Shown: positions 9,659-18,859 of the stretch, piece after piece
Position numbering within the stretch: position 1 is the stretch's first letter
Layout: each line of letters starts with the position of its first letter
Origin: Pseudomonadota bacterium
Lineage (GTDB): Bacteria; Bdellovibrionota_B; Oligoflexia; Oligoflexales; CAIMVM01
Assembly (NCBI GenBank): GCA_037142195.1
Contig: JBAXBA010000044.1
Location: forward strand, 1-28,196
DNA length: 28,196 bases
Reading direction: 5' to 3'
Translations under genes and position numbers: made by a program
The notes under the pieces: generated by a model
What the model was told of the DNA's origin: nothing
The model's database searches: none
What the model saw: the letters and a program-made list of their open reading frames with translations, nothing else

Positions 9659-11188
9659 TTACTTTGACTTAGCTGAACCGGAAACGCCGCATTTAGAGTC
9701 TAAATTATACACATATCCTCCAAGCTCATCTTCCCAGTACTCTCCCTCAAACGGCCAATACTCCAAATCTTGACCGACCTCTAACTCTTGAAGTCCGCCA
9801 ATAAAGTTCACGGTCTTATCATTGGACTGAGTGACATTAAGCTCAGCTCTTAATTTATCAATCTTGCCGAGTTGCATATCCAAATTGATAAATCTGGTTT
9901 GATTAGAGAGATCTTGAAGATAATTGTAGCTATTCCGTGCATTATTTAACATTCGTTTTCCGGAATCATTGGCAGCTGCGAATTTCTTTTTCATTAGAAA
10001 GTCGTTAAGCTCATCGATCAAACCGGTAGATTTCCAAGAACCGGGCGCACGGGACAGCTTGGAAGTCTCTTTATCGGCAGAGGCAATCGTCTGGGAAGCA
10101 TCTCGATAGGTATCCGTCCGTGAAAGGCTGTCAAGAATAGGTGCAATATCACCTCCGTCTTTGCCGCCTACCCGGAAACTTTTTACTAAACTATAGAATT
10201 TTGCTGGCTCTTGTTGATTTTCATTTATCGATTGGGATAGAGATCGAAATATACCTTTGTATCGCTCTCTAAATTCCGAAAGTGATTTTTTAACTTGGGT
10301 AAACCGACAAAGTCTTAAAAAAGTGATGGACTGCAGAATATAGGTTTCCGGAAAGAACCTATTTTCAAAAAACGGAGAATGAAGAGTATGAATATTTCCA
10401 AGCGTATTATTGAATTTCTGAATCAGAAAAAATGCCCAAGACGACTCGAACATCGCTTGTAGCCAGTTGTCACTTCGCCTGGGGATCTCGGCATAGTACC
10501 GCATGGATTTTCTGAAATCCTTTTTTTCATAGTAAACTCGAGCCAAATTCAAATTTGCCTGTTCCTTCAAAAAACTAGAATCGGCACCTTTTGCTTCCGA
10601 AATTGCTCTTTCAAAAGCGCTCACTGCGCGAGCTGAGTCTCCATTGAGATTGGCAATTACCCCTAAGTGAAATTGTGCCTTGGGATAATCGACGCTGCCT
10701 GCTGTGACGCGGGACAAGAATTCTTGGGCTTTGTCATACTGCTTGCGATCAAAAGCCTCTATCCCTTTATAGTAAAAATAGAATCCTCGAGCTTTGCCTG
10801 GGACTTGAGACGGATCCACTTCTTTTTGAAAAAGTTGAACTATGTGACTTCTGCCGAGGGAAACGCGATCGTTAATACGACCTATGGCATCTAAAGATTC
10901 TGCAAAGAACGGGTTGGCTGGTCCTGGGCCGCGTCTAGCGATTAAACTAAAATATTTGGAAGCTGAGTATTCAAGTCCAGAGGCCTCTAAGGTTCTAGCG
11001 AGTCCTAGCTCAGCCCTAGAACGTTCCATTTGAGTCTTGGCCAAACTGTAAGCCTGATAGAAAAGTGGCGCCGCATTCATATAGTCTTTTTTAACCATGA
11101 GCGCTTCTGCCTGGCGCAAGTCCGCAAAAGCTATGCTTGAGCTGGCCAACAACACAACGGCTAGGATTTGATTTAGTTTACCCAACAC
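9659..11188 (-). CDS. gltC: GltC-like periplasmic TPR protein
   Basis: Signal peptide (AFA), TPRs, ESSWAFF..LGNIHTLHSPFF and the C-terminal YWPFEGEYWEDELGGY signature. Confidence 0.85.
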   Translation of the reverse strand: MLGKLNQILAVVLLASSSIAFADLRQAEALMVKKDYMNAAPLFYQAYSLAKTQMERSRAELGLARTLEASGLEYSASKYFSLIARRGPGPANPFFAESLDAIGRINDRVSLGRSHIVQLFQKEVDPSQVPGKARGFYFYYKGIEAFDRKQYDKAQEFLSRVTAGSVDYPKAQFHLGVIANLNGDSARAVSAFERAISEAKGADSSFLKEQANLNLARVYYEKKDFRKSMRYYAEIPRRSDNWLQAMFESSWAFFLIQKFNNTLGNIHTLHSPFFENRFFPETYILQSITFLRLCRFTQVKKSLSEFRERYKGIFRSLSQSINENQQEPAKFYSLVKSFRVGGKDGGDIAPILDSLSRTDTYRDASQTIASADKETSKLSRAPGSWKSTGLIDELNDFLMKKKFAAANDSGKRMLNNARNSYNYLQDLSNQTRFINLDMQLGKIDKLRAELNVTQSNDKTVNFIGGLQELEVGQDLEYWPFEGEYWEDELGGYVYNLDSKCGVSGSAKSK

Positions 11189-11203
11189 TTTCGACTCCTA
11201 GCA

Positions 11204-11950
11204 TTAAAAAAACTTAGAAGCGCCCAATTGAATTACAATATTTTGATTGGTGTCCGTTCCCTGAGGAGCATTAGCCCTATCACATGCCCCATCTGCCTTG
11301 GAATAGCTGAAATAGTGGTTTCTCACACTCCATTTTAGGGATGTAGATTGATTGATAAAGTACCGCTGACCGATCCCCCCAATCGCGGTCAAATAGGCTT
11401 TTGATTGAGGACTTGGCGCTACATATGATGGATTATTGGGATTTGCTGTAGTGTCGCAGTTGTCATACTTATACTCCACGCCGCTCATGCCAGCGCCTCC
11501 AATAAGGAAGGTATCGAAGTAAATAAGCCGCCCACTCGCCAATTGGTATTTGCCGTAGATAGGCGACCAAAGCAAAGCTCCATCCATCATGTATTTAGTT
11601 CGCAAAATTTCCGTTTTGATGGAAAAATTCGCATCCAAATCACGTTTGTCTGCTTTGTCAATGGAAAATCCATAAGAGGCTGCGCCCTCAAATGCCAAAG
11701 CCTCATTGAAATGATAGGTCGCATTTCCAGTTAGGAGATAGGAGTAGATGAAGGTCTGGTTAGAAACAATGCTGAAGTCAGCCCCGAGTTCAAACCGGTT
11801 TCGTTTTGAAAAATATTTCGGCCGAATCACTCGAATTTCAACATCTTTAAATCTGTCCTCTTGAGACTCTGCACCCGCATAGGTTGAAAAGCACTGACTA
11901 CCAACTAGGGCAGCGACCATAAGTTTTGCAAAAGGTCCCGACAGTCTCAT
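11204..11950 (-). CDS. GltA/B/H-like outer-membrane beta-barrel protein
   Basis: Signal peptide, IRVIRPKYFSKRNRFEL, WSPIYGK, alternating beta-strand pattern and terminal Phe. ATG at 11950 with AAGGA RBS. Confidence 0.8.
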   Translation of the reverse strand: MRLSGPFAKLMVAALVGSQCFSTYAGAESQEDRFKDVEIRVIRPKYFSKRNRFELGADFSIVSNQTFIYSYLLTGNATYHFNEALAFEGAASYGFSIDKADKRDLDANFSIKTEILRTKYMMDGALLWSPIYGKYQLASGRLIYFDTFLIGGAGMSGVEYKYDNCDTTANPNNPSYVAPSPQSKAYLTAIGGIGQRYFINQSTSLKWSVRNHYFSYSKADGACDRANAPQGTDTNQNIVIQLGASKFF

Positions 11951-11963
11951 GAGATTTCCTTGA

Positions 11964-12464
11964 TCAGCCATCATTAGCCTTATTGACCAGCAGTTTAAAC
12001 GCAACAAATTCGGCTTGCTGGGCGGTTAACATGACTCGTTTAAGCAACTTAAAACTCAGGGTTTGATCCATTTCCACGGTTAAGGCATCTTTCTGCGGTC
12101 CGTCTAGATTCACTGGTAAGTCTTTGCGAACCCGATTTGCTTCTGCTAGCTTTTCAAGCTCCTTAAATAGCGGAGCAATGGCGCCTTGAGTTCGGTTGGA
12201 TTCTATTACGTCCCCATTTTCCAATCCAGTAACAACTAAGTCGCCCACTCTTATGTCTTTTTTAGTAATGGTAATCATGGGATTTTCATCGAGAGAACGA
12301 ATGGAAATGGACTCAGGAAGTTCTAGCCCCGCGGTAACATCGTGGCTTACTGGATCAGTAGAAAAACTCATAAGTAGAAACAAAATGAGAATACTGAAAA
12401 CATCAAGCATCGGCATGATATTTAACGATAGTGTCTCGCCTGACTCGGAGCCTACACTCGCCAT
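11964..12464 (-). CDS. ExbD/TolR-family motor subunit (AglS/AglQ-like)
   Basis: LNIMPMLDVFSILILFLL TM with the conserved Asp, then LELPES. Confidence 0.9.
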   Translation of the reverse strand: MASVGSESGETLSLNIMPMLDVFSILILFLLMSFSTDPVSHDVTAGLELPESISIRSLDENPMITITKKDIRVGDLVVTGLENGDVIESNRTQGAIAPLFKELEKLAEANRVRKDLPVNLDGPQKDALTVEMDQTLSFKLLKRVMLTAQQAEFVAFKLLVNKANDG

Positions 12465-12474
12465 CTTTTTCTCC

Positions 12475-13020
12475 CTAAAGCATTACGCTTCCCATTATAA
12501 CTTTTGGAAACAAGGATGGCTGTGACTCGCCATTCTTCATTGCTGACGGATCTTTAGGAGGCGGCAGAGTTTCTCCAGGTGCAAGAAATTTTATTGCATC
12601 TAAAACTTCGGCCAGCTCTTTATACGTTATTTCGTCATCGGTAAACATCGTCAACTTATCTAAGTCGGGATGCGCGGTTCGAATGCTTATAAGCTCTTTA
12701 TGAGCCTCTGCTATTCCCGCTTTGGTTCTCGGGAACTGTTTTTTCTTTTCGTCAATGGGAGCCACAGTCCAAGAGGATGAAATTTCAATAAACTCTTTAG
12801 ACAAATCTGCTTTCACTTCCAGGATACGTTCTGGCTTTTGAAAGTCCGGTGGCTTCGCATTGGACAAAAAGGGAATCTGCACCTCCAGAACGCCAATCTG
12901 AATAAAGACGGCTGAAAATAGTAAGAAAGTCGTGAGTAGCGAGAATACGTCGATAAAAGGCATCACGTTTAATTCAACGGCTCCGGCCTCGATAGACGAT
13001 CCTTTTCGTTTTCTTTTCAT
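12475..13020 (-). CDS. ExbD/TolR-family motor subunit (AglQ/AglS-like)
   Basis: ELNVMPFIDVFSLLTTFLL TM with the conserved Asp, and a Y..L..VLD C-terminal motif. Confidence 0.9.
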   Translation of the reverse strand: MKRKRKGSSIEAGAVELNVMPFIDVFSLLTTFLLFSAVFIQIGVLEVQIPFLSNAKPPDFQKPERILEVKADLSKEFIEISSSWTVAPIDEKKKQFPRTKAGIAEAHKELISIRTAHPDLDKLTMFTDDEITYKELAEVLDAIKFLAPGETLPPPKDPSAMKNGESQPSLFPKVIMGSVML

Positions 13021-13041
13021 CGTTTCAGTCCGCCCTTAAGA

Positions 13042-13701
13042 TTAATCTGCTGAAGAACTTTCAATTTTATTTTTACGAGTATAGAGCAGTTCTTTAAGCT
13101 TTGCTGAGTGCTGATTGATGTCATCGAGTAGGCCTTTTTGTTTCGCGGCCAATACACCATAAGCAAAGAGACAAAGAAGCGCCGTACCAAGACCGAACGA
13201 AGTAGCCGTTAGGGCTTCAGAAATACCTTCAGCTAGCAATGTCTGCTTCTCTGAGCCCGTGGCTTTTGCGGCCGCAGCAAAAGAGTGCATCAATCCGAAA
13301 ATGGTACCTAATAGTCCTAGAAGGGTCGCTACGTTGGCGGTGGTGGAAAGAAATCCCACTCCTCTCGTCACCTTAGGAGTCACAGCCAAAATCGCATGCT
13401 CTACAGCTAACTCTACTTCTTCTGGGCTATGATTTGCCTTCTTTAGGCCTTGAGCTAAAACAAAGGGTAATAGTTTTGGATCTACTTTTTTACAAAGCCG
13501 GATGGCATTCTCAATAGAGTTATTCATTACCATTTTTTGGACCTGGATGACGAATCCTGCACTATTAGGCAGGTCATAGGTTACCCAAAAGCGAAAGGAT
13601 CGTTCGATAATAATAATCATCGACGCCAGAAAAGTTAAAGTGATGCCTAACATAACCGGCACCCCACCACGATTAAATACATCAATAATAGTCTGTAACA
13701 T
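13042..13701 (-). CDS. aglR: MotA/TolQ/ExbB proton-channel subunit (AglR-like)
   Basis: IIIER, ATLLGLLGTIFGLM and GISEALTATSFGL. First gene of the operon, GGAG RBS. Confidence 0.88.
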   Translation of the reverse strand: MLQTIIDVFNRGGVPVMLGITLTFLASMIIIIERSFRFWVTYDLPNSAGFVIQVQKMVMNNSIENAIRLCKKVDPKLLPFVLAQGLKKANHSPEEVELAVEHAILAVTPKVTRGVGFLSTTANVATLLGLLGTIFGLMHSFAAAAKATGSEKQTLLAEGISEALTATSFGLGTALLCLFAYGVLAAKQKGLLDDINQHSAKLKELLYTRKNKIESSSAD

Positions 13702-13903
13702 TGCTTACTCCCTAGGTTGATCCCTCTAAATCAAGCAACTGATCCAAAGGAGATTTTAAAAACAAAATTGATCTACCTACATTTTACGAACGGCAGGGCA
13801 TGTAAGTCAATTGAGGGGATGAAAAAACTCGCTAGGTCCTTTTTGCCGACCATTGCAGTGAGCATGGAGTGGGCTATAATAAAGAATCAACTTTTTATGT
13901 GGT

Positions 13904-14887
13904 TTGCCGGTGATTACTATATTAGCAGTTCAGGTTGGTGAGGCGTCTCCCCTTCTAGATCAAAATAGATTGATGGTCGGTTGCTTTGGAAGCGAGCTTA
14001 TCTTTGTAACATCAAAGGAAGAAGCCCTGCACATTCTTAACACGCGATCGATTGACGTATTGCTCGTGAACAGTCCCGTCTACAGTCTTTTTAAACTGGC
14101 TAAAAATAAATCAAAAAGTTTGAAAACGATTCTCTACAGCAATGTGACCATGGAAGAATATGCCGCTGAACTAGAGGGAGAACAATCAGAGCTCCTAGAT
14201 CACTTTGTATTTTCCCGCAACGAAAATAGGTTTTCCCAGTTAGAATTGCTGACGACACTACAAAAACTGATCCGTTCTGATATTTTCGGGCTTGAAAAGT
14301 ACTTGGAAGCTGGTTACGCCATGGAATCTTTTCCTATTATAGGCACTGCTAGCCGCGATATCCTAGCCTTAGAAGTGGAAAACTTTTGTCGCAAAGCTTA
14401 TTTGAGCGCCAATGCAACCCGTCGCGCCAAGGCGATTGTTGAAGAGTTGCTGATGAACGCCATTTACGATGCTCCCGTGGCAGCTGGACTCTCCGGATAT
14501 GAAGACAAACGCAGTGACAGCTTTACTTTGGAAGTCAATGAACAGAGCGTTTTGAAGTTAGGGTGCGATAGCGAAGTTCTTCTGATTAGTGTACGTGATC
14601 CATTTGGTGCCTTTAAGCGAGAGAAATTCTATGAATACGCCTCAAAAATACTCCTGCGAAATGACAATGAGCGTCTAATAGACACAAAAAGTGGCGGGGC
14701 TGGACTTGGTATTTTTAAAATGCTTTACGATTCTCAAGGTCTTATTGTCAATATTTGGCCTGGTACGGCCACTGAAGTCCTCGCAATAATAGAACTTAAT
14801 TCCAAAAGTCAGTCGTTTTCAAAAGCTGGCCGCTCCCTGCACTATTTTATGCAGACAACTCCGCCCCTTGAAGTGGCGATCAAATAA
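13904..14887 (+). CDS. Receiver-like domain plus HATPase/anti-sigma-like domain protein
   Basis: N-terminal EEAL..L...SIDVLL (REC-like), EELLMNAIYDAP (N-box-like), RDPFG and GGAGLG (G-boxes). Start uncertain. Confidence 0.7.
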   Translation: MPVITILAVQVGEASPLLDQNRLMVGCFGSELIFVTSKEEALHILNTRSIDVLLVNSPVYSLFKLAKNKSKSLKTILYSNVTMEEYAAELEGEQSELLDHFVFSRNENRFSQLELLTTLQKLIRSDIFGLEKYLEAGYAMESFPIIGTASRDILALEVENFCRKAYLSANATRRAKAIVEELLMNAIYDAPVAAGLSGYEDKRSDSFTLEVNEQSVLKLGCDSEVLLISVRDPFGAFKREKFYEYASKILLRNDNERLIDTKSGGAGLGIFKMLYDSQGLIVNIWPGTATEVLAIIELNSKSQSFSKAGRSLHYFMQTTPPLEVAIK

Positions 14888-14976
14888 TCACCTTTCGACC
14901 CATGACATAGCCCCAGAATTAGTCTAGATTGATGGGTCTATTGCCATTAATGATACATTATTGAGGAGACAGCATA

Positions 14977-16209
14977 GTGGGAAAGATTAAAGTAGCAAAC
15001 CCCGTAGTAGAGATGGACGGGGATGAAATGACCAGAATCATTTGGGATATGATTAAAAAACAACTTGTACTTCCATATCTAGATTTGGACATAAAATATT
15101 TTGACCTGAGTATTGAAAACCGTGACAAGACTGACGACAAAGTTACTATTGAAGCTGCTGAAGCTATTAAGAAATATGACGTGGGCATAAAATGCGCCAC
15201 CATTACTCCTGATGAAGATAGAGTTAAAGAGTTTCAACTTAAAAAAATGTGGAAGAGCCCCAACGGAACCATTCGAAATATCCTTGGGGGAACAGTATTC
15301 AGAGAACCCATCATCTGTACCAACATTCCCCGCCTCGTGAAAAACTGGAATCTTCCGATCGTGGTGGGTCGCCATGCCCACGCAGATCAGTATAAGTGCC
15401 AGGACTTCATCGTCCCCGGCAGCGGCACTTTGAAAATGGTTTTTGAAGGAAAAGATGGAGCCAAAAAGGAATGGGAAGTCAATAAATTTGATGGCCCAGG
15501 AATCGGTATGGGAATGTTTAATACTGATGAATCTATTTATGGTTTTGCTCGTAGTTGTTTTGCTTACGCCATCGATAGAAAGTATCCTCTTTACCTTTCT
15601 ACCAAGAATACCATTCTTAAAGCTTACGACGGAAGATTTAGAGATATTTTCGCCGAAGTTTTTGCCACAGAATACGCAGCTAATTTTAAGCAGCTAGGCC
15701 TTACCTACGAGCACCGTTTAATTGACGACATGGTGGCTCAAGTACTTAAATGGGAAGGCGGCATTGTCTGGGCATGTAAAAACTATGACGGCGATGTCCA
15801 GTCAGATATCGTAGCTCAAGGTTTTGGCTCTCTAGGTTTGATGACTTCCGTTTTGATGTGCCCCAACGGCCGTACCATCGAAACCGAAGCCGCCCATGGA
15901 ACCGTTACCCGTCACTACAGACAACATCAAAAAGGCATGAAAACTTCCACCAACCCCATTGCTTCCATATTTGCTTGGACCAAAGGTTTGTCCCATCGAG
16001 GAAAGCTCGACAATACGCCAGAAGTGGTTCGTTTTGCTGAAACGCTAGAAAAAGTCTGCGTTCAGTCCGTAGAATCTGGCATTCTTACTAAAGATCTCGC
16101 CATCTGCCAATTTGGAGAAAAAGTAACGGATGACAAGTACCTCAACACGGATGCTTTTATGGCAAAAATAGCGAGCAATCTTGAAAAAGCCATGGGCAGC
16201 TGGAAGTAA
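14977..16209 (+). CDS. icd: NADP-dependent isocitrate dehydrogenase (homodimeric, eukaryote-like type II)
   Basis: [73 protein letters not shown] with GTG start. Confidence 0.98.
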   Translation: MGKIKVANPVVEMDGDEMTRIIWDMIKKQLVLPYLDLDIKYFDLSIENRDKTDDKVTIEAAEAIKKYDVGIKCATITPDEDRVKEFQLKKMWKSPNGTIRNILGGTVFREPIICTNIPRLVKNWNLPIVVGRHAHADQYKCQDFIVPGSGTLKMVFEGKDGAKKEWEVNKFDGPGIGMGMFNTDESIYGFARSCFAYAIDRKYPLYLSTKNTILKAYDGRFRDIFAEVFATEYAANFKQLGLTYEHRLIDDMVAQVLKWEGGIVWACKNYDGDVQSDIVAQGFGSLGLMTSVLMCPNGRTIETEAAHGTVTRHYRQHQKGMKTSTNPIASIFAWTKGLSHRGKLDNTPEVVRFAETLEKVCVQSVESGILTKDLAICQFGEKVTDDKYLNTDAFMAKIASNLEKAMGSWK

Positions 16210-16243
16210 ATGTATCGTTTTGAATACTTCGCTTAGACTGATG

Positions 16244-16279
16244 AAGCGGGTCCTTTTTAAAAGAAAAGGACCCGCTTTT
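16244..16279. terminator. Intrinsic terminator between convergent icd and thioredoxin
   Basis: 14-bp perfect inverted repeat aagcgggtcctttt / aaaaggacccgctt followed by T residues. Confidence 0.85.
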
Positions 16280-16316
16280 CGTTTGATGGAAACTTCAAGT
16301 GCCGACTTCAAATAGA

Positions 16317-16655
16317 TTAGATAGCTTCTGGCTTAGGTCCTAAGTTTGCTTCCAGAAAGTCTTCTAAATTCTTAATTCCTTTAAAACCCTCTAATTTCCC
16401 AGCCAGTTTATGCTGATGGAAGGCAAAGAAAACGGGAAGGATCTCTGTACCTGCAATTTCTAGCATTTCAGGATAGTCACTGATACAGATCTGCCTAAAG
16501 ACTACTTCTTTGGACCAAATCGCATCAAGACGATTTACTGCCGGCTCCGACATTTTGCAGGGTCCACAGCCTTTCTTCCAAAGCTTTAGAAAAACTTTGT
16601 TATTTTGAACCAAAGAGGCTTCTAAGGTTTTCGGATCAAATTCAATCATTGCCAT
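16317..16655 (-). CDS. Thioredoxin-family protein
   Basis: 112 aa with a WKKGCGPCK CxxC motif, the cis-Pro position (ILPVF) and a GGAG RBS. Confidence 0.9.
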   Translation of the reverse strand: MAMIEFDPKTLEASLVQNNKVFLKLWKKGCGPCKMSEPAVNRLDAIWSKEVVFRQICISDYPEMLEIAGTEILPVFFAFHQHKLAGKLEGFKGIKNLEDFLEANLGPKPEAI

Positions 16656-16846
16656 CTCCCATTAAAGACTTTACCCGACGAAGGTGCCACAATCGTGGCC
16701 TATCCTACTATACGCATTACAAGGGCAGAGGAAAAGAAGTTACTTGGCCGTCAATGAACATCTTTTCAACAGTGGTCTTTCAACGTTCGAAGCGGTAACG
16801 AAGGTTCGTGCCGTCGATCCGACGTTCAAAATTTAAGGAAAGCAAT

Positions 16847-17038
16847 ATGCATAAATTATTTCTAGTTTGTTTGTTCGCCACGCTCGGAACCGCTTGTGGG
16901 CGGACACGAGAAAGGACTCCTGGCGCAAAGGAGCCCGCCCTCGAAAAAAGCAGTCCAAGCTTCAGGGCCGACTGCGTCATTCCCGGTGAAACCGAATCGC
17001 AATGTCTCGCGTATCATCTCGTCCAAATTTTTCCTTAA
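16847..17038 (+). CDS. Small lipoprotein (63 aa), possibly truncated
   Basis: AAGGA RBS, MHKLFLVCLFATLGTA-C lipoprotein-like signal and two further Cys. Confidence 0.5.
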   Translation: MHKLFLVCLFATLGTACGRTRERTPGAKEPALEKSSPSFRADCVIPGETESQCLAYHLVQIFP

Positions 17039-17062
17039 CCTTTCAACTGCAAGAGGATTGCA

Positions 17063-17910
17063 ATGACTCATCTAAAATTACGCCTGGCGAGTGGTCTCGC
17101 TTCGATTTTTCTCGCGACTTTTTCCATGACTAATACTGCCTTTGCTACAACCTGCACCCCTGAAGATTGGATCCCCGGCCTTAGCGTTTGCCAATCGCCT
17201 CAGGACCGCGCTGCATAGTGGCTCCTGACAACCGGTACGCGCGTGGAGCGTGCGTGCCAGCGACTGTAAGCTGCGCAAAAATTAGCGGTTGCTTTGGAAC
17301 CGTGCCAGTCGGGCATTGGTATTCGTTACAAGAAGATGGAGTGCAAAAGCGATGTCAATGCGGCTGTTTCGGAGATGAAACTGAATTTGCAACCGCAAGT
17401 GGTTCGATAACAGGGACTGACCTCATCGCGCAGTATTCGACAGAAGGCGCAAGACTATTGAGCCTCGACTCAATCTCGTCGCGCACCCATTCAGAGCGAG
17501 ACATTAATTGCGTTATTTTTGGTCCAGAAAAAGAATTGGTGTTCGAGGTGACTACTGTAAGTGGCCGCAAAGTCACGATTAGCTCTCAACATCCCGTCTT
17601 AATTGTGGACCATAGCGGAGAGGTTTTAGCCGTAAAAGCTGCCTCAAAAATGGCGGTTGGCGAATTTGTGTTGGCTGAAGACGGGGTAGCGGATCGCGTG
17701 GTCTCGATTCAACAGAAACCCTACACTCAGAGAATGTTCAACTTCAATCTCGCGTCGACCGATGCGCAAAACCACTTTATTCCGGCAAAACGCATCGTGC
17801 TTGGCGACAACGCCTGGCAACAGCGCCTGGCGAGTGTAGATGCACGCATTCTGTTGCGAGCCGACTTGGTAAAAGAGCTTTCTAAAAGCGAAGGAGATCA
17901 AAAGTCATAA
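17063..17910 (+). pseudogene. Secreted Cys-rich protein with a Hint (Hedgehog/intein-like) domain, disrupted near 17190-17230
   Basis: GAGGA RBS and ATG at 17063 encode a signal peptide (..TNTAFA) and TTCTPEDW..C, then stop at TAG 17216-17218. Another frame continues with Cys-rich sequence, G-CF at 17365, the block-B SSQHP motif and C-terminal MFNF..NHFIPAKRIVLGD. Confidence 0.75.
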
Positions 17911-18089
17911 ATTGACTACAAATTCATCGCTACTTAACAATATGAAATTATCGGAGGTTTGAAAAAAGTCCGATTTGCCCTGCTTTTTAGGGTGATCGAT
18001 TCAATTATTTATATGTCAAGGCTTAGAATATCTTCAAATGCAAAGGGACGTTGTACTACGCATTTTTAATTTGCAAAGTTTAGTGCGGA

Positions 18090-18123
18090 TTTCACGATTC
18101 ATTCATGATACCCTATCCATAAT
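18090..18123 (+). promoter_or_regulatory. Degenerate direct-repeat box plus -10 element upstream of the two-component operon (possible autoregulation)
   Basis: TTTCAC-GATTC-ATTCAT (18090-18106), an 11-nt spacer, then CATAAT (18118-18123). Confidence 0.5.
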
Positions 18124-18175
18124 AAAAGCATTTTGTAGCAATGTTTTAAAATTATTGAAACTTGAAGGATGCTAT

Positions 18176-18859
18176 TTGAAAATTCTTATCGTAGAAGACA
18201 ACAACCTCCTTGGCGAGAGCATGATCCAAGGCTTAAGTGAAGCTGGCTGGACAGTTGATCTTGCTAAAGACGGCGAAGAAGGTCTCTATATGGTTCAAAA
18301 TTCCACTTATGACCTGTTGATTATTGACCGCATGTTACCGAAACTCTCTGGTATAGAACTTATTAAAAAGCTTAGACAAAAAATCATTCATGTTCCGGCG
18401 ATTATGGTAACAGCGCGGGGGGACCTGGAAGACCGGATTTCAGGACTTGAAGAGGGTGCAGATGACTATTTGGTAAAACCGGTAGAGCTTTCCGAGCTGC
18501 TTGCACGCGTCAAAGCTCTGCACCGTCGCTCATTAAATCGAGGTATTGGAAAGTTATGTTTTGCTGCGCTAGAAATCGACCTAAGTAGTCGCGTCGCTAC
18601 AATCGACAACAGAGCAATGGATCTCACAGCAAAGGAGTTTGATTTTTTGGCAACTGTAGCCGGCAAATCCGGCCATGTTTTTAATCGTAATGAACTAAAT
18701 GGGTTACTTTACAAGTTCAATGATGAGCCAGAAAGCAATAGCCTTGATGTGCTTCTTGCCAGAATTCGCCGAAAGCTCGTAGGATCTGGTGTCGAGATTG
18801 CGACAATAAGGGGAAGGGGGGTTGTCTTTCGTGTGGAAGAAGCTACCACTAAATCTTAG
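18176..18859 (+). CDS. OmpR/PhoB-family response regulator
   Basis: KILIVEDN, LLIIDRMLP (phospho-Asp), GADDYLVKP and winged helix SNSLDV..RIRRKL..TIRG. TTG start at 18176 after GAAGGA. Confidence 0.95.
   Translation: MKILIVEDNNLLGESMIQGLSEAGWTVDLAKDGEEGLYMVQNSTYDLLIIDRMLPKLSGIELIKKLRQKIIHVPAIMVTARGDLEDRISGLEEGADDYLVKPVELSELLARVKALHRRSLNRGIGKLCFAALEIDLSSRVATIDNRAMDLTAKEFDFLATVAGKSGHVFNRNELNGLLYKFNDEPESNSLDVLLARIRRKLVGSGVEIATIRGRGVVFRVEEATTKS

Noticed and set aside
18038..18175. 46-aa N-terminal extension of the response regulator
   Set aside because: The receiver domain begins at TTG 18176 with an RBS, and the extension overlaps the predicted promoter. Similar over-long starts were trimmed for surE, gltG, the OM barrel, the phosphoesterase and secDF.
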